NCBI GenBank assembly: GCA_030603385.1
Contig: JAUVXW010000002.1
Location: 96,001-160,000, forward strand
Reading direction: 5' to 3'
Source of the DNA: Promethearchaeota archaeon
GTDB taxonomy: Archaea > Asgardarchaeota > Lokiarchaeia > Sigyniarchaeales > SOKP01
DNA length: 64,000 nucleotides
Of this stretch, positions 1 to 9,776 are shown in pieces. Below the pieces are notes generated by a model. The model did not search any database. It worked only from the letters and a program-made list of their open reading frames with translations, and was not told where the DNA came from. The translations under genes were made by a program, and so were the position numbers. Within the stretch, counting starts at the first letter, position 1. Each line of letters begins with the position of its first letter.

Positions 1-335
1 ACACTTAAAGTTTTAATAAAATATCTGGTTGTATTATTACATTCAAAACATGTTAAAGAAACATGAGAGCCCTTTCCCTTATGGGAGTGCATTCTAATTC
101 TATAATTTAATCCAGGATATAAAAATTTTTTACATTTTTTACATATACGTTTATTCCATTCATAAGGGATTTTAATTCTTGCTCTTTGAGCATAGCGTCT
201 AGCTAAGTAAGTATATCTATTTGCTAATGATTTATTATCAGGGAAGATCTCATGAGCTCTTTGAAATAAATAGATTATCCTATTATTCGCAATTTTTTTT
301 ATTACTACCCTATAATTTCGATTTTTCTTTACCAT
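1..335 (-). CDS. rnp4: RNase P protein component 4 (Rpp21), 3' end runs off the window
   Basis: Manual translation from ATG 335: MVKKNRNYRVVIKKIANNRIIYLFQRA...ANRYTYLARRYAQRARIKIP..NKRICKKC...RIR...TCFECNNTTRY. Two CxxC motifs. Not in the ORF track. Confidence 0.9.
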   Translation of the reverse strand, partial: MVKKNRNYRVVIKKIANNRIIYLFQRAHEIFPDNKSLANRYTYLARRYAQRARIKIPYEWNKRICKKCKKFLYPGLNYRIRMHSHKGKGSHVSLTCFECNNTTRYFIKTLS

Positions 336-357
336 TTAAATTATTTTAGTTATAATT

Positions 358-630
358 TTATTTACCTTTTTTAATGGGATTTAATGAGAGAATGAAAATT
401 TTTCCTCTAACGTCCAATAAATAAGAATTTGTTAGTTTTGAAATTTCAATAGCAATATCTTTAATATTTGATTTGGATGCTATTGTTTTTAATGTCTTGA
501 CTTTAATAATCTTATATCTTTTTAATAATTTGGTGACATGGAGTATAAACTCCTTAGTTATTCCACGCTTTCCCAAGGTACAACGTGGTTGTGATAGTAA
601 CGCTTTTTTAAATTCTTTTTGGTAATCCAT
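358..630 (-). CDS. YhbY/CRM-domain RNA-binding protein
   Basis: LGKRGIT...LKRYKIIKVK..DVRGKIFIL motif; conserved position between rnp4 and rps19e; ATG at 630 preferred. Confidence 0.85.
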   Translation of the reverse strand: MDYQKEFKKALLSQPRCTLGKRGITKEFILHVTKLLKRYKIIKVKTLKTIASKSNIKDIAIEISKLTNSYLLDVRGKIFILSLNPIKKGK

Positions 631-718
631 CGTCCCAAAACTCAAAAAATACAAAAATTTTTAATTTATTCTAGCTTCAAAAACGTATTATATATTATTT
701 ATTTAATGGTGTGAAAAA

Positions 719-1144
719 ATTTCAATATATGTCGTTCAACCAGAAAAACTAGTTGAAGCTATTGCAGAAAAGTTAAAGGAATTTCCCGAAATTTCACCAC
801 CTAAGGGTTCAGAATTTTGGAAGACAGCGTTTTTTAAAGAATTAGCTCCTAGTGATTCAGAAAATTTCTGGTATATCCGATGCGCCTCTTTGCTTAGAAA
901 ATTGAAGAAATTTGGACCTATTGGAGTTAGTAAACTTCGAAAATTTTATGGAGGAAAAAATAGAAAAGGTAAAGGTTTACATCATTCTGCTAGAGGTAGT
1001 GGAAAAATAATAAGAGTAGCACTTCAACAGCTTGAAAAAGCAAACTTAATTAAAATGAAAGAAAAAAAAGGAAGAGTTCTTTCTTCTGAAGGAACTAGTC
1101 TATTGGAACGAACGGCATATGTGATTATGAGAAGTAAAGATTAA
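719..1144 (+). CDS. rps19e: 30S ribosomal protein S19e (probable ATT start)
   Basis: Frame is open from the stop at 704-706: (I)SIYVVQPEKLVEAIAEKLK..PP..FWKTAFFKELAP..NFWYIRCASLLRK...GSGKIIRVALQQLE. No ATG/GTG/TTG before 890. Confidence 0.93.
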   Translation: MSIYVVQPEKLVEAIAEKLKEFPEISPPKGSEFWKTAFFKELAPSDSENFWYIRCASLLRKLKKFGPIGVSKLRKFYGGKNRKGKGLHHSARGSGKIIRVALQQLEKANLIKMKEKKGRVLSSEGTSLLERTAYVIMRSKD

Positions 1145-1178
1145 TAATACCAAAAGGTGTAATTTTTAGGGGTTTAGA

Positions 1179-1520
1179 TTGAGCAACGACGAGGAATTAG
1201 AAATTATAAGAAGGAGAAAGTTGGAAGAATTAAGACAACAAGCAGCACAACAACAAATTGGAGAAGCTCAACAACAAGAATTTGAAGAAAAAAAATATTT
1301 AATAATGAGAAAAATCTTAAGTGTCGAAGGGAGACAAAGGCTAGAAAATATTCGAATTGTCAAACCACAATTTGCTGAACAAATAGAAATACAATTAATT
1401 CAATTATTTCAAAGCGGGAAGTTAAAAGGAGCAACACCTCTACCAGATAAAGCATTTAAAAAGCTCCTAGAACAGTTAACAACATTCGAAAGGAAGAAAG
1501 AATTTAAAATCAAAAAATAA
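1179..1520 (+). CDS. PDCD5-family dsDNA-binding protein
   Basis: DEELEIIRRRKLEELR...ILSVEGRQRLENIRIVKPQFAEQIEIQLIQL; standard synteny. Confidence 0.92.
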   Translation: MSNDEELEIIRRRKLEELRQQAAQQQIGEAQQQEFEEKKYLIMRKILSVEGRQRLENIRIVKPQFAEQIEIQLIQLFQSGKLKGATPLPDKAFKKLLEQLTTFERKKEFKIKK

Positions 1521-1541
1521 TTATAACAGAAGGAATTTAAA

Positions 1542-1703
1542 ATGGCTCGTAATAAAGATTTACCATCAAAATTGCGTAGAGCGAATAGAATGAAAAAAAA
1601 TAAGTCAGTACCTAATTGGGTAATTCAGAGAACCGCAGGAAAGGTTAGAACTAGCCCATATTCCAGAAGAACATGGAGGAATGCAAAGTTAAAGCGAGAC
1701 TAA
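1542..1703 (+). CDS. rpl39e: 50S ribosomal protein L39e
   Basis: Manual translation MARNKDLPSKLRRANRMKKNKSVPNWVIQRTAGKVRTSPYSRRTWRNAKLKRD (53 aa, below ORF cutoff). Confidence 0.95.
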   Translation: MARNKDLPSKLRRANRMKKNKSVPNWVIQRTAGKVRTSPYSRRTWRNAKLKRD

Positions 1704-1738
1704 ATATATTAATTTAATAAAAATTAATCTGAACGAAA

Positions 1739-2188
1739 ATGGCTAAAAAAGAAAAAGAAATTAATTTAGACGATTTAGAAGAGGAATTAGGAGAATCGGA
1801 AGAAGAAATTGAAGAAAAGATCGAAGAAATTGAAGAATTTAGCTTAGATGAAATTTCTGAAGAAGAAGAAATAAGTGAAATTTTTGAAGAGGAAGTTGGG
1901 GTTATTGAAGAAGCTGAAGAAGAAGCCCCTAAAGAAGAAATTATTGATGAGAGGATTTATATTATACCTCTTGCGAAAGCAAGAAAAGGACCTAGAAACA
2001 AATGGGCTAAGAAATCAATTCGATATTTAAGAGAGTTCATGACCCGCCATTTTAAACCCGAATCATTAATAATTTCTCAAGAAGTAAATGAACGAATATG
2101 GGAACGTGGAATTCAGAAACCACCGAGGAAATTAAAAGTCAGGGTGACAAAGAATATAGATGGACTCTGTGTCGTATATTTAGCATAA
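1739..2188 (+). CDS. rpl31e: 50S ribosomal protein L31e with acidic N-terminal extension
   Basis: ERIYIIPL...IWERGIQKPPRKLKVRV motif. Confidence 0.95.
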   Translation: MAKKEKEINLDDLEEELGESEEEIEEKIEEIEEFSLDEISEEEEISEIFEEEVGVIEEAEEEAPKEEIIDERIYIIPLAKARKGPRNKWAKKSIRYLREFMTRHFKPESLIISQEVNERIWERGIQKPPRKLKVRVTKNIDGLCVVYLA

Positions 2189-2270
2189 TGTTTTATTAAT
2201 TAATTTTAAGGTTTGTATTCTTTTTTTATTATAAATTACTGGAAAAGGTATAGATTTATCAAAGCTTCGA

Positions 2271-2951
2271 ATGGCAATTTTAAGATCTCAAGTTTTTGGA
2301 CGTAGTTTAATTGGAGTGTATCTCGCTGCTAATAACTCATACGTCCTTTATCCTCCTACATTACTAAAACCATTACTTAAGAAGTATAGAAACACCTTCA
2401 TTGAACCTTTTCATCCTCTTACAATCAATAGTTCTGATCTATTAGGTGTGTATACTGCTTCTAATAAATATGGAATAATAGTCCCCCACATTATAAAAGA
2501 TGACGAATTAGAAAAATTAAAAGAATTTTTAAAAGAGGGAACCAACTCTTCTCAAGTAAATGTTCTAAAATCCATAGATAATGCATTTGGAAACTTGATT
2601 CTTTGTAATGATAAAGGAGCTATTATTAGTTCATTTTTAAAAGATCATAAAGAAGATATCGAAAATACTTTGAATGTTGAGACTGTTGTTTATGAATTTG
2701 CTAATAATTATCTTCCTGGCTCAATTTCATTAGTTAATAATAATGGTTGTGTTGTACATCCTCTCTCCACCGACGATGAAATTGATTTTATATCTTCTAT
2801 TTTGAAAGTTGATGAGGTTGATGTTTCAACAGTAAATCGTGGTGTTCCATATTTAAGTTCAGGAGCAATTGTAAATGATAAGAGTGGAATTTTTGGAGTT
2901 GGTTGTACGGGACCAGAATTAATACGAATTACGACTGTTCTACAATTGTAA
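2271..2951 (+). CDS. eif6: Translation initiation factor 6 (aIF6/eIF6)
   Basis: IGVY..ANN, GNLILCNDKGA, STVNRGVPYLSSGAIVND, TGPELIRI. Confidence 0.95.
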   Translation: MAILRSQVFGRSLIGVYLAANNSYVLYPPTLLKPLLKKYRNTFIEPFHPLTINSSDLLGVYTASNKYGIIVPHIIKDDELEKLKEFLKEGTNSSQVNVLKSIDNAFGNLILCNDKGAIISSFLKDHKEDIENTLNVETVVYEFANNYLPGSISLVNNNGCVVHPLSTDDEIDFISSILKVDEVDVSTVNRGVPYLSSGAIVNDKSGIFGVGCTGPELIRITTVLQL

Positions 2952-3043
2952 AGAAATTCTATGTATTTGTAAAAAGCAAAATTTAATAATTTCTTAAATA
3001 TTATCCTTTTTTAAAAGCTTTGATTCAATGGATCTAAATAGCA

Positions 3044-3271
3044 ATGTCAGAGATTAAAATTTATAGAATCATTGGTAATTACAATAAAAATCATAAGAAA
3101 TATTTATTCCGTAAAGAAGTTCGTGCTTTGAAAGAGGAAGATGCTCTTGAAAAAGTATTAAGCCAAATAACATCTATAGGAATTTACAGACGCCAAATTA
3201 ATATTCAAGAAGTTAAAGAAATAACTTTAGATGAAACACAAGACTATCTTATAAGGGAATTATCAGAATAA
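3044..3271 (+). CDS. rpl18a: 50S ribosomal protein L18Ae/LX (eL20)
   Basis: FRKEVRALKEEDALEKV...RRQINIQEVKEI; synteny. Confidence 0.9.
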   Translation: MSEIKIYRIIGNYNKNHKKYLFRKEVRALKEEDALEKVLSQITSIGIYRRQINIQEVKEITLDETQDYLIRELSE

Positions 3272-3299
3272 TTAATATTTTAAATGGATTTGATAGAAT

Positions 3300-3716
3300 T
3301 TGGAATCTTCTCAAGATTATCAGGAGCAATTACAAATATTTAGAATATTGAAGGAACAACGAGATATATTCCAAGGTCAACTTGAAATTCTTAATGTGTC
3401 TCGAGCAAATATAGTGAATACAAAGATTACTATTGAAAATTTAAAAGAAGGCGTAGAAGTAAATGATGAAATTTTAATACCTATTGGAGGAATGGCAAAT
3501 ATTAAAGCCTCTATTAAGGATCCTGAGAAAATTTTACTAGCAGTTACTCAAGATGTTATAATTGAAAAAGATTTAGATGGAGCAATTGAACTTCTTGATA
3601 TGAGAATTGAACAGCATGATAAGGAAATCCAATTCATAAGAACTCAATTGCAAAATATAGAGATTAATTTACAAAAAACTACTCAAACCATTCAGAAAGG
3701 TTATCTTCAAAAATAG
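3300..3716 (+). CDS. pfdA: Prefoldin alpha subunit
   Basis: Coiled coils flanking an EILIPIGG hairpin; synteny. Confidence 0.9.
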   Translation: MESSQDYQEQLQIFRILKEQRDIFQGQLEILNVSRANIVNTKITIENLKEGVEVNDEILIPIGGMANIKASIKDPEKILLAVTQDVIIEKDLDGAIELLDMRIEQHDKEIQFIRTQLQNIEINLQKTTQTIQKGYLQK

Positions 3717-3777
3717 ATCTTATTTGGGCAATATAATTAAATTTCCTTAAACAATGCTAATTTTTGTGGAGAAATAA

Positions 3778-4677
3778 ATGCTTGAAAAGCTAAAAAATGT
3801 GTTTTCTACTTTTGTTAAAAAGAGCTTGACAGAAAAAAAGATAGATGAGGCCATAAATGATTTAAGAATACTCCTTATTAGTAATGATGTTGCAATAGAC
3901 ACTGCTGATGAAATCTGTAAAAGTATTATTGAATCTTTTAAAGGTCAACAAATTACTCGATTAACATCAACTAAAAAAATGCTATTCGATACATTAAAAG
4001 AAGTTATGATTGAAATCTTAACACCTGAAAAGGAAATTGATATAATTAAAGAAATTAAAACTAAAAAGTCGTTAGGTTTACCATATGTATTTGTTTTTTT
4101 TGGAATAAACGGAACAGGAAAAACCACTACAATTGCTAAAGTAGCTAATTTCCTAAAAGAAAGTAACATCAGTTCTGTCGCAGCTGCTTCAGATACATTC
4201 CGAGCTGGAGCTATTGAACAACTAACTAAACATATGAATAATGTTGGAATTAATGTTATAAAGCATGGATATAAATCTGATCCTGCTTCAGTTGCTTATG
4301 ATGCAATTGAGCATGCTAAGGCTAAAGAAATAGATGTAGTTTTAGTAGACACATCTGGAAGGCAGACAACAAACCGAAACTTAATGCTGGAAATGCAGAA
4401 AATCTGTAGAGTTACAAATCCGGATCTTAAAATTTTCATAGGAGACAGCCTTGCGGGAAATGATGTTTTATACCAAGCTAGAGAATTTGACAGACACGTT
4501 GGAATTGACGCTAATATCTTAACTAAACTTGATGCAGATGCGAAAGGTGGCGCTGCATTATCAATTTCGTTTGAAACTAAAAAGCCGATTCTATTCATTG
4601 GAACAGGGATAGGTTATGATGATTTAGAGCCGTTTGATCGAGATATATTTCTTTCAAATATTCTTGACATCAATTAA
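3778..4677 (+). CDS. ftsY: SRP receptor GTPase FtsY
   Basis: GINGTGKTTTIAK, DTFRAGAIEQL, DTSGR, TKLDADAKGG. Confidence 0.97.
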   Translation: MLEKLKNVFSTFVKKSLTEKKIDEAINDLRILLISNDVAIDTADEICKSIIESFKGQQITRLTSTKKMLFDTLKEVMIEILTPEKEIDIIKEIKTKKSLGLPYVFVFFGINGTGKTTTIAKVANFLKESNISSVAAASDTFRAGAIEQLTKHMNNVGINVIKHGYKSDPASVAYDAIEHAKAKEIDVVLVDTSGRQTTNRNLMLEMQKICRVTNPDLKIFIGDSLAGNDVLYQAREFDRHVGIDANILTKLDADAKGGAALSISFETKKPILFIGTGIGYDDLEPFDRDIFLSNILDIN

Positions 4678-4738
4678 GATATGAATTAATATTGTTTTAG
4701 GTAGATAAATTAAAATAGCTTTCTTAATTTAATTAGAT

Positions 4739-4984
4739 GTGTCAAGCTACCCAAAATATGAGAAGTATTCAAAACTAGATCGGAAAAAGAAACCTGGCCT
4801 TTATGAAAGATTTATAACTTTCCTTCGAAATGCCAAAAGAATTCTAAAAATAGCGAATAAACCTAATCGGAAGGATTATTTTCTGGTTTTTAAAATTTGT
4901 GGAATAGGTCTCTTACTTTTAGGTGCTCTATCATTTGTTATACAATTAATCCTCACTGTAACTTTACCTATCGCTAAGGTTTAA
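4739..4984 (+). CDS. secE: Protein translocase SecE/Sec61-gamma
   Basis: RILKIANKPNRKDY followed by one TM helix. Confidence 0.92.
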   Translation: MSSYPKYEKYSKLDRKKKPGLYERFITFLRNAKRILKIANKPNRKDYFLVFKICGIGLLLLGALSFVIQLILTVTLPIAKV

Positions 4985-5004
4985 AATCTAACATAAAATA
5001 GATA

Positions 5005-6189
5005 CTAGATATAAAAGATATCAATATGATTAGGTATCTTTAGATCATCTTCCTTATTTTTGCATGCAATAAATTTGATTTTCATATTTACCGAGATTGA
5101 AAGAAGTCTTTTTGTTAAAATTCCATCAATTATTAAATATAGAGTATTTTTAAAGTTTTTAATCTTTTCAAAAATTTCACCAACAGGCATATCAAATAAC
5201 TTCTCAAGACTTTTATTAAAACCAATACTATGACCTGTTTTTATAGTATTAATTGCCTCTATAATTATTGATTCATCTTTTATTTTTACTTTTTTCAAAT
5301 ATTTCTGAAGCGACCCCTCTTTACGATCATATTTCTTTTCTTCTGCATAATATTTTTTATTATTTTTTAATTGTTTTGCTGGTCGCTTGTTTTGTAGTGC
5401 TTTAATCATTTGTTTTCTAGTTAATTCTTCAACCTCGTACCCATCAGGTGCTCTAGTAACATAATCTAACTTTAATACTTGCATCAATTCATTTAAAATA
5501 ATAGTACCACCACGATCTCCATCAAGAAAACATGTTACAGTTTTTTTCTTTTTTGCTAAAACTACAACTGATTTAGGTACTTGAGTTCCTTGAACAGCAA
5601 TTGTATTTTTAATTCCAATTCGTAATAAATTTAAAACATCAGCTCGTCCTTCTACAATAATGAGATCTGGGTTTTTATCTACTTCTGGACCTGCTGGAAG
5701 TTTATCAGCTCCCCATGCTATGATTTCTCCAAGTTTGATATCTTTATCTATCTTTTCTTCAATTTCACTTTGTTCTAACGATTTTTGATCCCACTCTTTT
5801 AAAAGTTCAGCAGCCCTTTCTATAATTTGCTGACGTTTTGTTTCGCGAACATCTCGAATTTCAACAAGAGAAATTTCAGCCTCACATGGACCAACTCGAG
5901 ATACAGTTTCAACAGTCGCCGCCAATAGTGCAGTCTCCTTTCTTGTTAAAGAGGATGGAATTTTAATACTCCCTTCTGATATTCCCTCTTTGGAACTATT
6001 TTCTACTTCAATCCGTCCAATTCGTCCGGATTTTTGGAGATCTCTTAAATCTAGATCCAAAAGAAGACCTTCTGTTTGCCCAAAGATAGCCCCCACGATG
6101 TCTGATTTTTCAACCACGCCTTTAATTGTAAATTTTACTTCTATAATATATTTAGTTGTGAATTCATTTTGATTTGTAATCTTAACCAC
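5005..6189 (-). CDS. dnaG: Archaeal DnaG-type primase / exosome-associated protein
   Basis: GVVEKSDIVGAIFGQTEGLL, VEGRADV, DGDRGG (TOPRIM). Confidence 0.96.
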   Translation of the reverse strand: MVKITNQNEFTTKYIIEVKFTIKGVVEKSDIVGAIFGQTEGLLLDLDLRDLQKSGRIGRIEVENSSKEGISEGSIKIPSSLTRKETALLAATVETVSRVGPCEAEISLVEIRDVRETKRQQIIERAAELLKEWDQKSLEQSEIEEKIDKDIKLGEIIAWGADKLPAGPEVDKNPDLIIVEGRADVLNLLRIGIKNTIAVQGTQVPKSVVVLAKKKKTVTCFLDGDRGGTIILNELMQVLKLDYVTRAPDGYEVEELTRKQMIKALQNKRPAKQLKNNKKYYAEEKKYDRKEGSLQKYLKKVKIKDESIIIEAINTIKTGHSIGFNKSLEKLFDMPVGEIFEKIKNFKNTLYLIIDGILTKRLLSISVNMKIKFIACKNKEDDLKIPNHIDIFYI

Positions 6190-6756
6190 ATCCTATTTTT
6201 TTTTTATTTATTTTATATTTTCAATAAATCAATATTTTAGGGTGAACTTATAAAATAGAAGTAGAATTTAGCACTTTTAATTAGAAACATTACAAAATTA
6301 ATTGTTTCCAACTAAAAGCTTGAATATTTAGTCTGTTGATAAAATATTATGATTTTTATTAAACTTGGATTATTACACTACTTCTTATATCTTATTATAA
6401 GTCTGAACAACAATTTTGATTTACTGAACTGATTATAATTTTTATTATTTGGTTGTTTGATTTATTCCATTAGTTATTTAATTTAGTTAATGATAATCTT
6501 TGATAAGTTTATACATTGATTCCTTATTTCTATTGTGAGAGTTAAATAATAACGTGGATAATTTTGATTTATATAATATTTTTTATTTTTTATTTGTAAA
6601 TTTGAACTTAAAATCATCTTGATTTTGATGATTATAATGTATTTAATTAATTAACCAATATATTTTTTGCTAATTTTTAGAATTTTTGATTAGTTTTTTA
6701 TGTCATATTTGTTTTTGCAATATAAATTTTAACTATATAAATTATTTAATTAGGTT

Positions 6757-7770
6757 ATGGAGAAAATTATAGTTCTTGGGGGGAAAGGAGGAGTAGGAAA
6801 GAGTACAATAAGCGCCGCCACTGCTGTAGTCTTATCAGATCATCTTCCTGAAAAAAAAATACTTCTTATATCCTTTGATATGGCACATAACCTTACCGAT
6901 TTATTTAATTCTGAGATTGGAAATAAACTAACACCTATAACTGATAATCTTTGGGCAATTGAACCAGATCCTAATGAATATGCCAAGAAATACACAAATA
7001 ATTTAATAACTAAGATGAAAGCTTTAATGAAAGAAATGCCAATAGTGGGGTTAATTCCACAATTAGAGAAATTTATGGATACAACATTTACAGCAGATTC
7101 TATCCCACTTGCACTGAAAAATGCTATGTTTTTTCAAGAAATTTTAGATGCTGAGGGTGGACAATCTATGCAATTTGATATAATAATCGCAGATTTCCCC
7201 CCCACGGCAAATATGATTACTCTTTTTGAGATTCCCGAAGACCAAGTAAAAGTACTACTAAAGTATTCATTAAATTTTTATAATTCTATTAAAGAGGCAG
7301 TTAGAAAATTTTCTAAAATGTTTAGAACATTAATTAAGCCATTTGATAACTATGAGAAAAGAAAAGAATTAGGGAAAGAGATTTTTCAAATGTTGGTAGA
7401 TCTTGAAGAGAGAGGAGAAAGAATAACTGAATTAATTCATACGGTAGGGTCATTAAGACTTGTTTCTATTGCAGAAAAACCAAGTTTTGAAGAAATTAAA
7501 AGAGCTAGAGACTTAACTAAGAAATATATTAAACTTGAAGGAGTTCATATTAATATGATAACACCTCAATCTAAAAAATGTGATTTTTGTAATAACATTC
7601 GATCAATTCAACTTAACTACGTTGAAAAAATAAGAAATGAATTTAGTAATTTAAAGATATGGGAGTCAAATCGGCTTGAAAAAGAACCTTTTGGTTTGAA
7701 TGGACTTAAATCCTTAGCATACGAAGTCTATGGAAAATCTATAAAGGCAGAAGATATTTTAAATCCCTAA
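6757..7770 (+). CDS. ArsA/Get3-family ATPase
   Basis: GGKGGVGKST P-loop, DMAHNL, C-terminal CDFC, EPFGLNGL. Confidence 0.88.
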   Translation: MEKIIVLGGKGGVGKSTISAATAVVLSDHLPEKKILLISFDMAHNLTDLFNSEIGNKLTPITDNLWAIEPDPNEYAKKYTNNLITKMKALMKEMPIVGLIPQLEKFMDTTFTADSIPLALKNAMFFQEILDAEGGQSMQFDIIIADFPPTANMITLFEIPEDQVKVLLKYSLNFYNSIKEAVRKFSKMFRTLIKPFDNYEKRKELGKEIFQMLVDLEERGERITELIHTVGSLRLVSIAEKPSFEEIKRARDLTKKYIKLEGVHINMITPQSKKCDFCNNIRSIQLNYVEKIRNEFSNLKIWESNRLEKEPFGLNGLKSLAYEVYGKSIKAEDILNP

Positions 7771-7929
7771 GGTTAATAAGTACAGAAAATTTTATTAGAA
7801 ACATGAGACTTAGGATAGAATTACTGAGGTTTAATGGGTTAATTGCACCTCACAATTCTAATAGAGCTGCATGTTTTAGACACCTCAAAATGTCTATTCA
7901 CCTAATTAAAAGAACAAGGAACGATAAAA

Positions 7930-9702
7930 ATGCCTCTTTCTTCACATAAGTTCCCGCATATTGAACATAAAGTGGATTTTTGCGTTGTTGGTGGAGGTAT
8001 GGCAGGACTTGTTGCATCTATAGCTGCTGCACGGCATGGAACTAAAGTTCTTCTTATGCATGACCGTCCCGTGCTTGGTGGTAACGCTTCAAGTGAATGT
8101 CGTATTCACATCTGCGGGGCCGACCGTCATAACCGGATTCCTAACATGCGTGAGACTGGTATTCTTGAGGAGATCCGCCTCGAGAATCTGCACTGCAACC
8201 CAAATCGCAATTATTCAGTATGGGATATGGTGCTCTATGATTTAGCCGAGAGGACATCAAACTTGACAGTATTGCTGAACTGCTCATGTATGGACGCCAC
8301 ATTGGATGATAATTATATCAAGTCTATATCGGGTTGGCAAACTACATCACAGACTCGCCACACAGTGTGGGCACAGATTTTTGCTGACTGCTCAGGAGAC
8401 TCAGTACTTGCCCCTCTCACGGGAGCAGAATATCGTATGGGGCGCGAGGGACGTGATGAAACAGGTGAGACGATCGCTCCAGAAAAAGCAGACGCAGGAA
8501 CAATGGGGATGACATGCCTCTTTCAAGCTCGTGATTTCGGTACACCACAGACCTTTAAATCCCCTAAATGGGCTAATATTTATACACGGGACGAAGACCT
8601 TCCCTACGGAACCAGAGGTCACAACCATGGGGAGTGGTGGGGACTGGGATATTGGTGGGTAGAATTAGGAGGAGTTTGTCACTCCATCCATGACACGGAG
8701 CGGATGCGTCGTGATCTTTTGAAGATTGCCCTTGGGGTATGGGATCACATCAAAAACCAAGGTGATCATGGCGCGGAAAATTGGGGACTTGAATGGCTAC
8801 AATTTCTCCCAGGTAAGCGGGAAAGTCGGCGATACATCGGTGATTATGTCCTTACGCAACAAGATATCGAGGAGGGTGGTAAGTTCGATGATATAGTGGC
8901 TTATGGGGGGTGGTCGATGGATGATCATCACCCAGCGGGTTTCGAAGCAGTGAGGTTTGGTTCTCCCCCTACGATTTACCACCCGGCGCCGTCACCCTAT
9001 GGCATTCCCTATCGCTCACTCTACTCACGCAATGTGGGTAACCTGATGTTCGCGGGACGGAATGTAAGCGTGACGCATGCAGCTCTTAGTTCAACACGTG
9101 TTATGGGTACCTGCATCAGTATGGGCCAGGCTATGGGTACGGCGGTAGCAATGGCTGTGCGTCACTCGTTGACACCACGCGAAGTGAGTGAACGTGTAAA
9201 CGAACTCCAGCAACTGCTTTTGCTTGACGATTGCTACTTACCGTGGATTCCGCAGAAGTTCTCGTCCCTAACCATAAATGCAAGACTAAAGGCATCGAAT
9301 GGTGTTGATCCTGAGCCAGTGCGGGATGGGTGGAATAGACAAATTGGTGATGATCCTCACGCATGGACAGCTCGATCAGGTGACTCGATTACTTATCTGT
9401 TTGAAACACCGTCCCATGTATCAGAGGTGAAGCTTCTTCTCGACACAGCAATGGATAGAGATCTGGCGCTCAGTTTACACTACAGGGATCATGGGATGAC
9501 ACATATTCCCGAAGAAACACCTCGTAGGTTTCGCATCGACGTGATGAAAGACGGGGAATGGCACAAGTTTAGAGTAGTGGAAGGGAACTACCAGCGACAG
9601 GTGTGTGTTGGCATAGGTGAGGTGGTAGAGGGTGTACGCTATACACTTACTGAGACCCATGGTGCAGAAACATCTCGAGTATACGGATTTTATGTTCGGT
9701 AG
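7930..9702 (+). CDS. FAD-dependent oxidoreductase with C-terminal beta domain; anomalously GC-rich
   Basis: VVGGGMAG, DRPVLGGNASSE, GKRESRR, YGIPYRSL, SSTRVMGT. Confidence 0.9.
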   Translation: MPLSSHKFPHIEHKVDFCVVGGGMAGLVASIAAARHGTKVLLMHDRPVLGGNASSECRIHICGADRHNRIPNMRETGILEEIRLENLHCNPNRNYSVWDMVLYDLAERTSNLTVLLNCSCMDATLDDNYIKSISGWQTTSQTRHTVWAQIFADCSGDSVLAPLTGAEYRMGREGRDETGETIAPEKADAGTMGMTCLFQARDFGTPQTFKSPKWANIYTRDEDLPYGTRGHNHGEWWGLGYWWVELGGVCHSIHDTERMRRDLLKIALGVWDHIKNQGDHGAENWGLEWLQFLPGKRESRRYIGDYVLTQQDIEEGGKFDDIVAYGGWSMDDHHPAGFEAVRFGSPPTIYHPAPSPYGIPYRSLYSRNVGNLMFAGRNVSVTHAALSSTRVMGTCISMGQAMGTAVAMAVRHSLTPREVSERVNELQQLLLLDDCYLPWIPQKFSSLTINARLKASNGVDPEPVRDGWNRQIGDDPHAWTARSGDSITYLFETPSHVSEVKLLLDTAMDRDLALSLHYRDHGMTHIPEETPRRFRIDVMKDGEWHKFRVVEGNYQRQVCVGIGEVVEGVRYTLTETHGAETSRVYGFYVR

Positions 9703-9776
9703 GAAGTATTAATGTATAGGAAATTAAAAAAATAAAAAACAAAAATTAGAAAAACACTTTACTCAATTTTTTTAAA

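Noticed and set aside
6190-6756. 567-bp very AT-rich gap as a replication origin
   Set aside because: No repeated ORB-like motif is visible and no cdc6/orc1 is nearby; divergent promoters can explain it.
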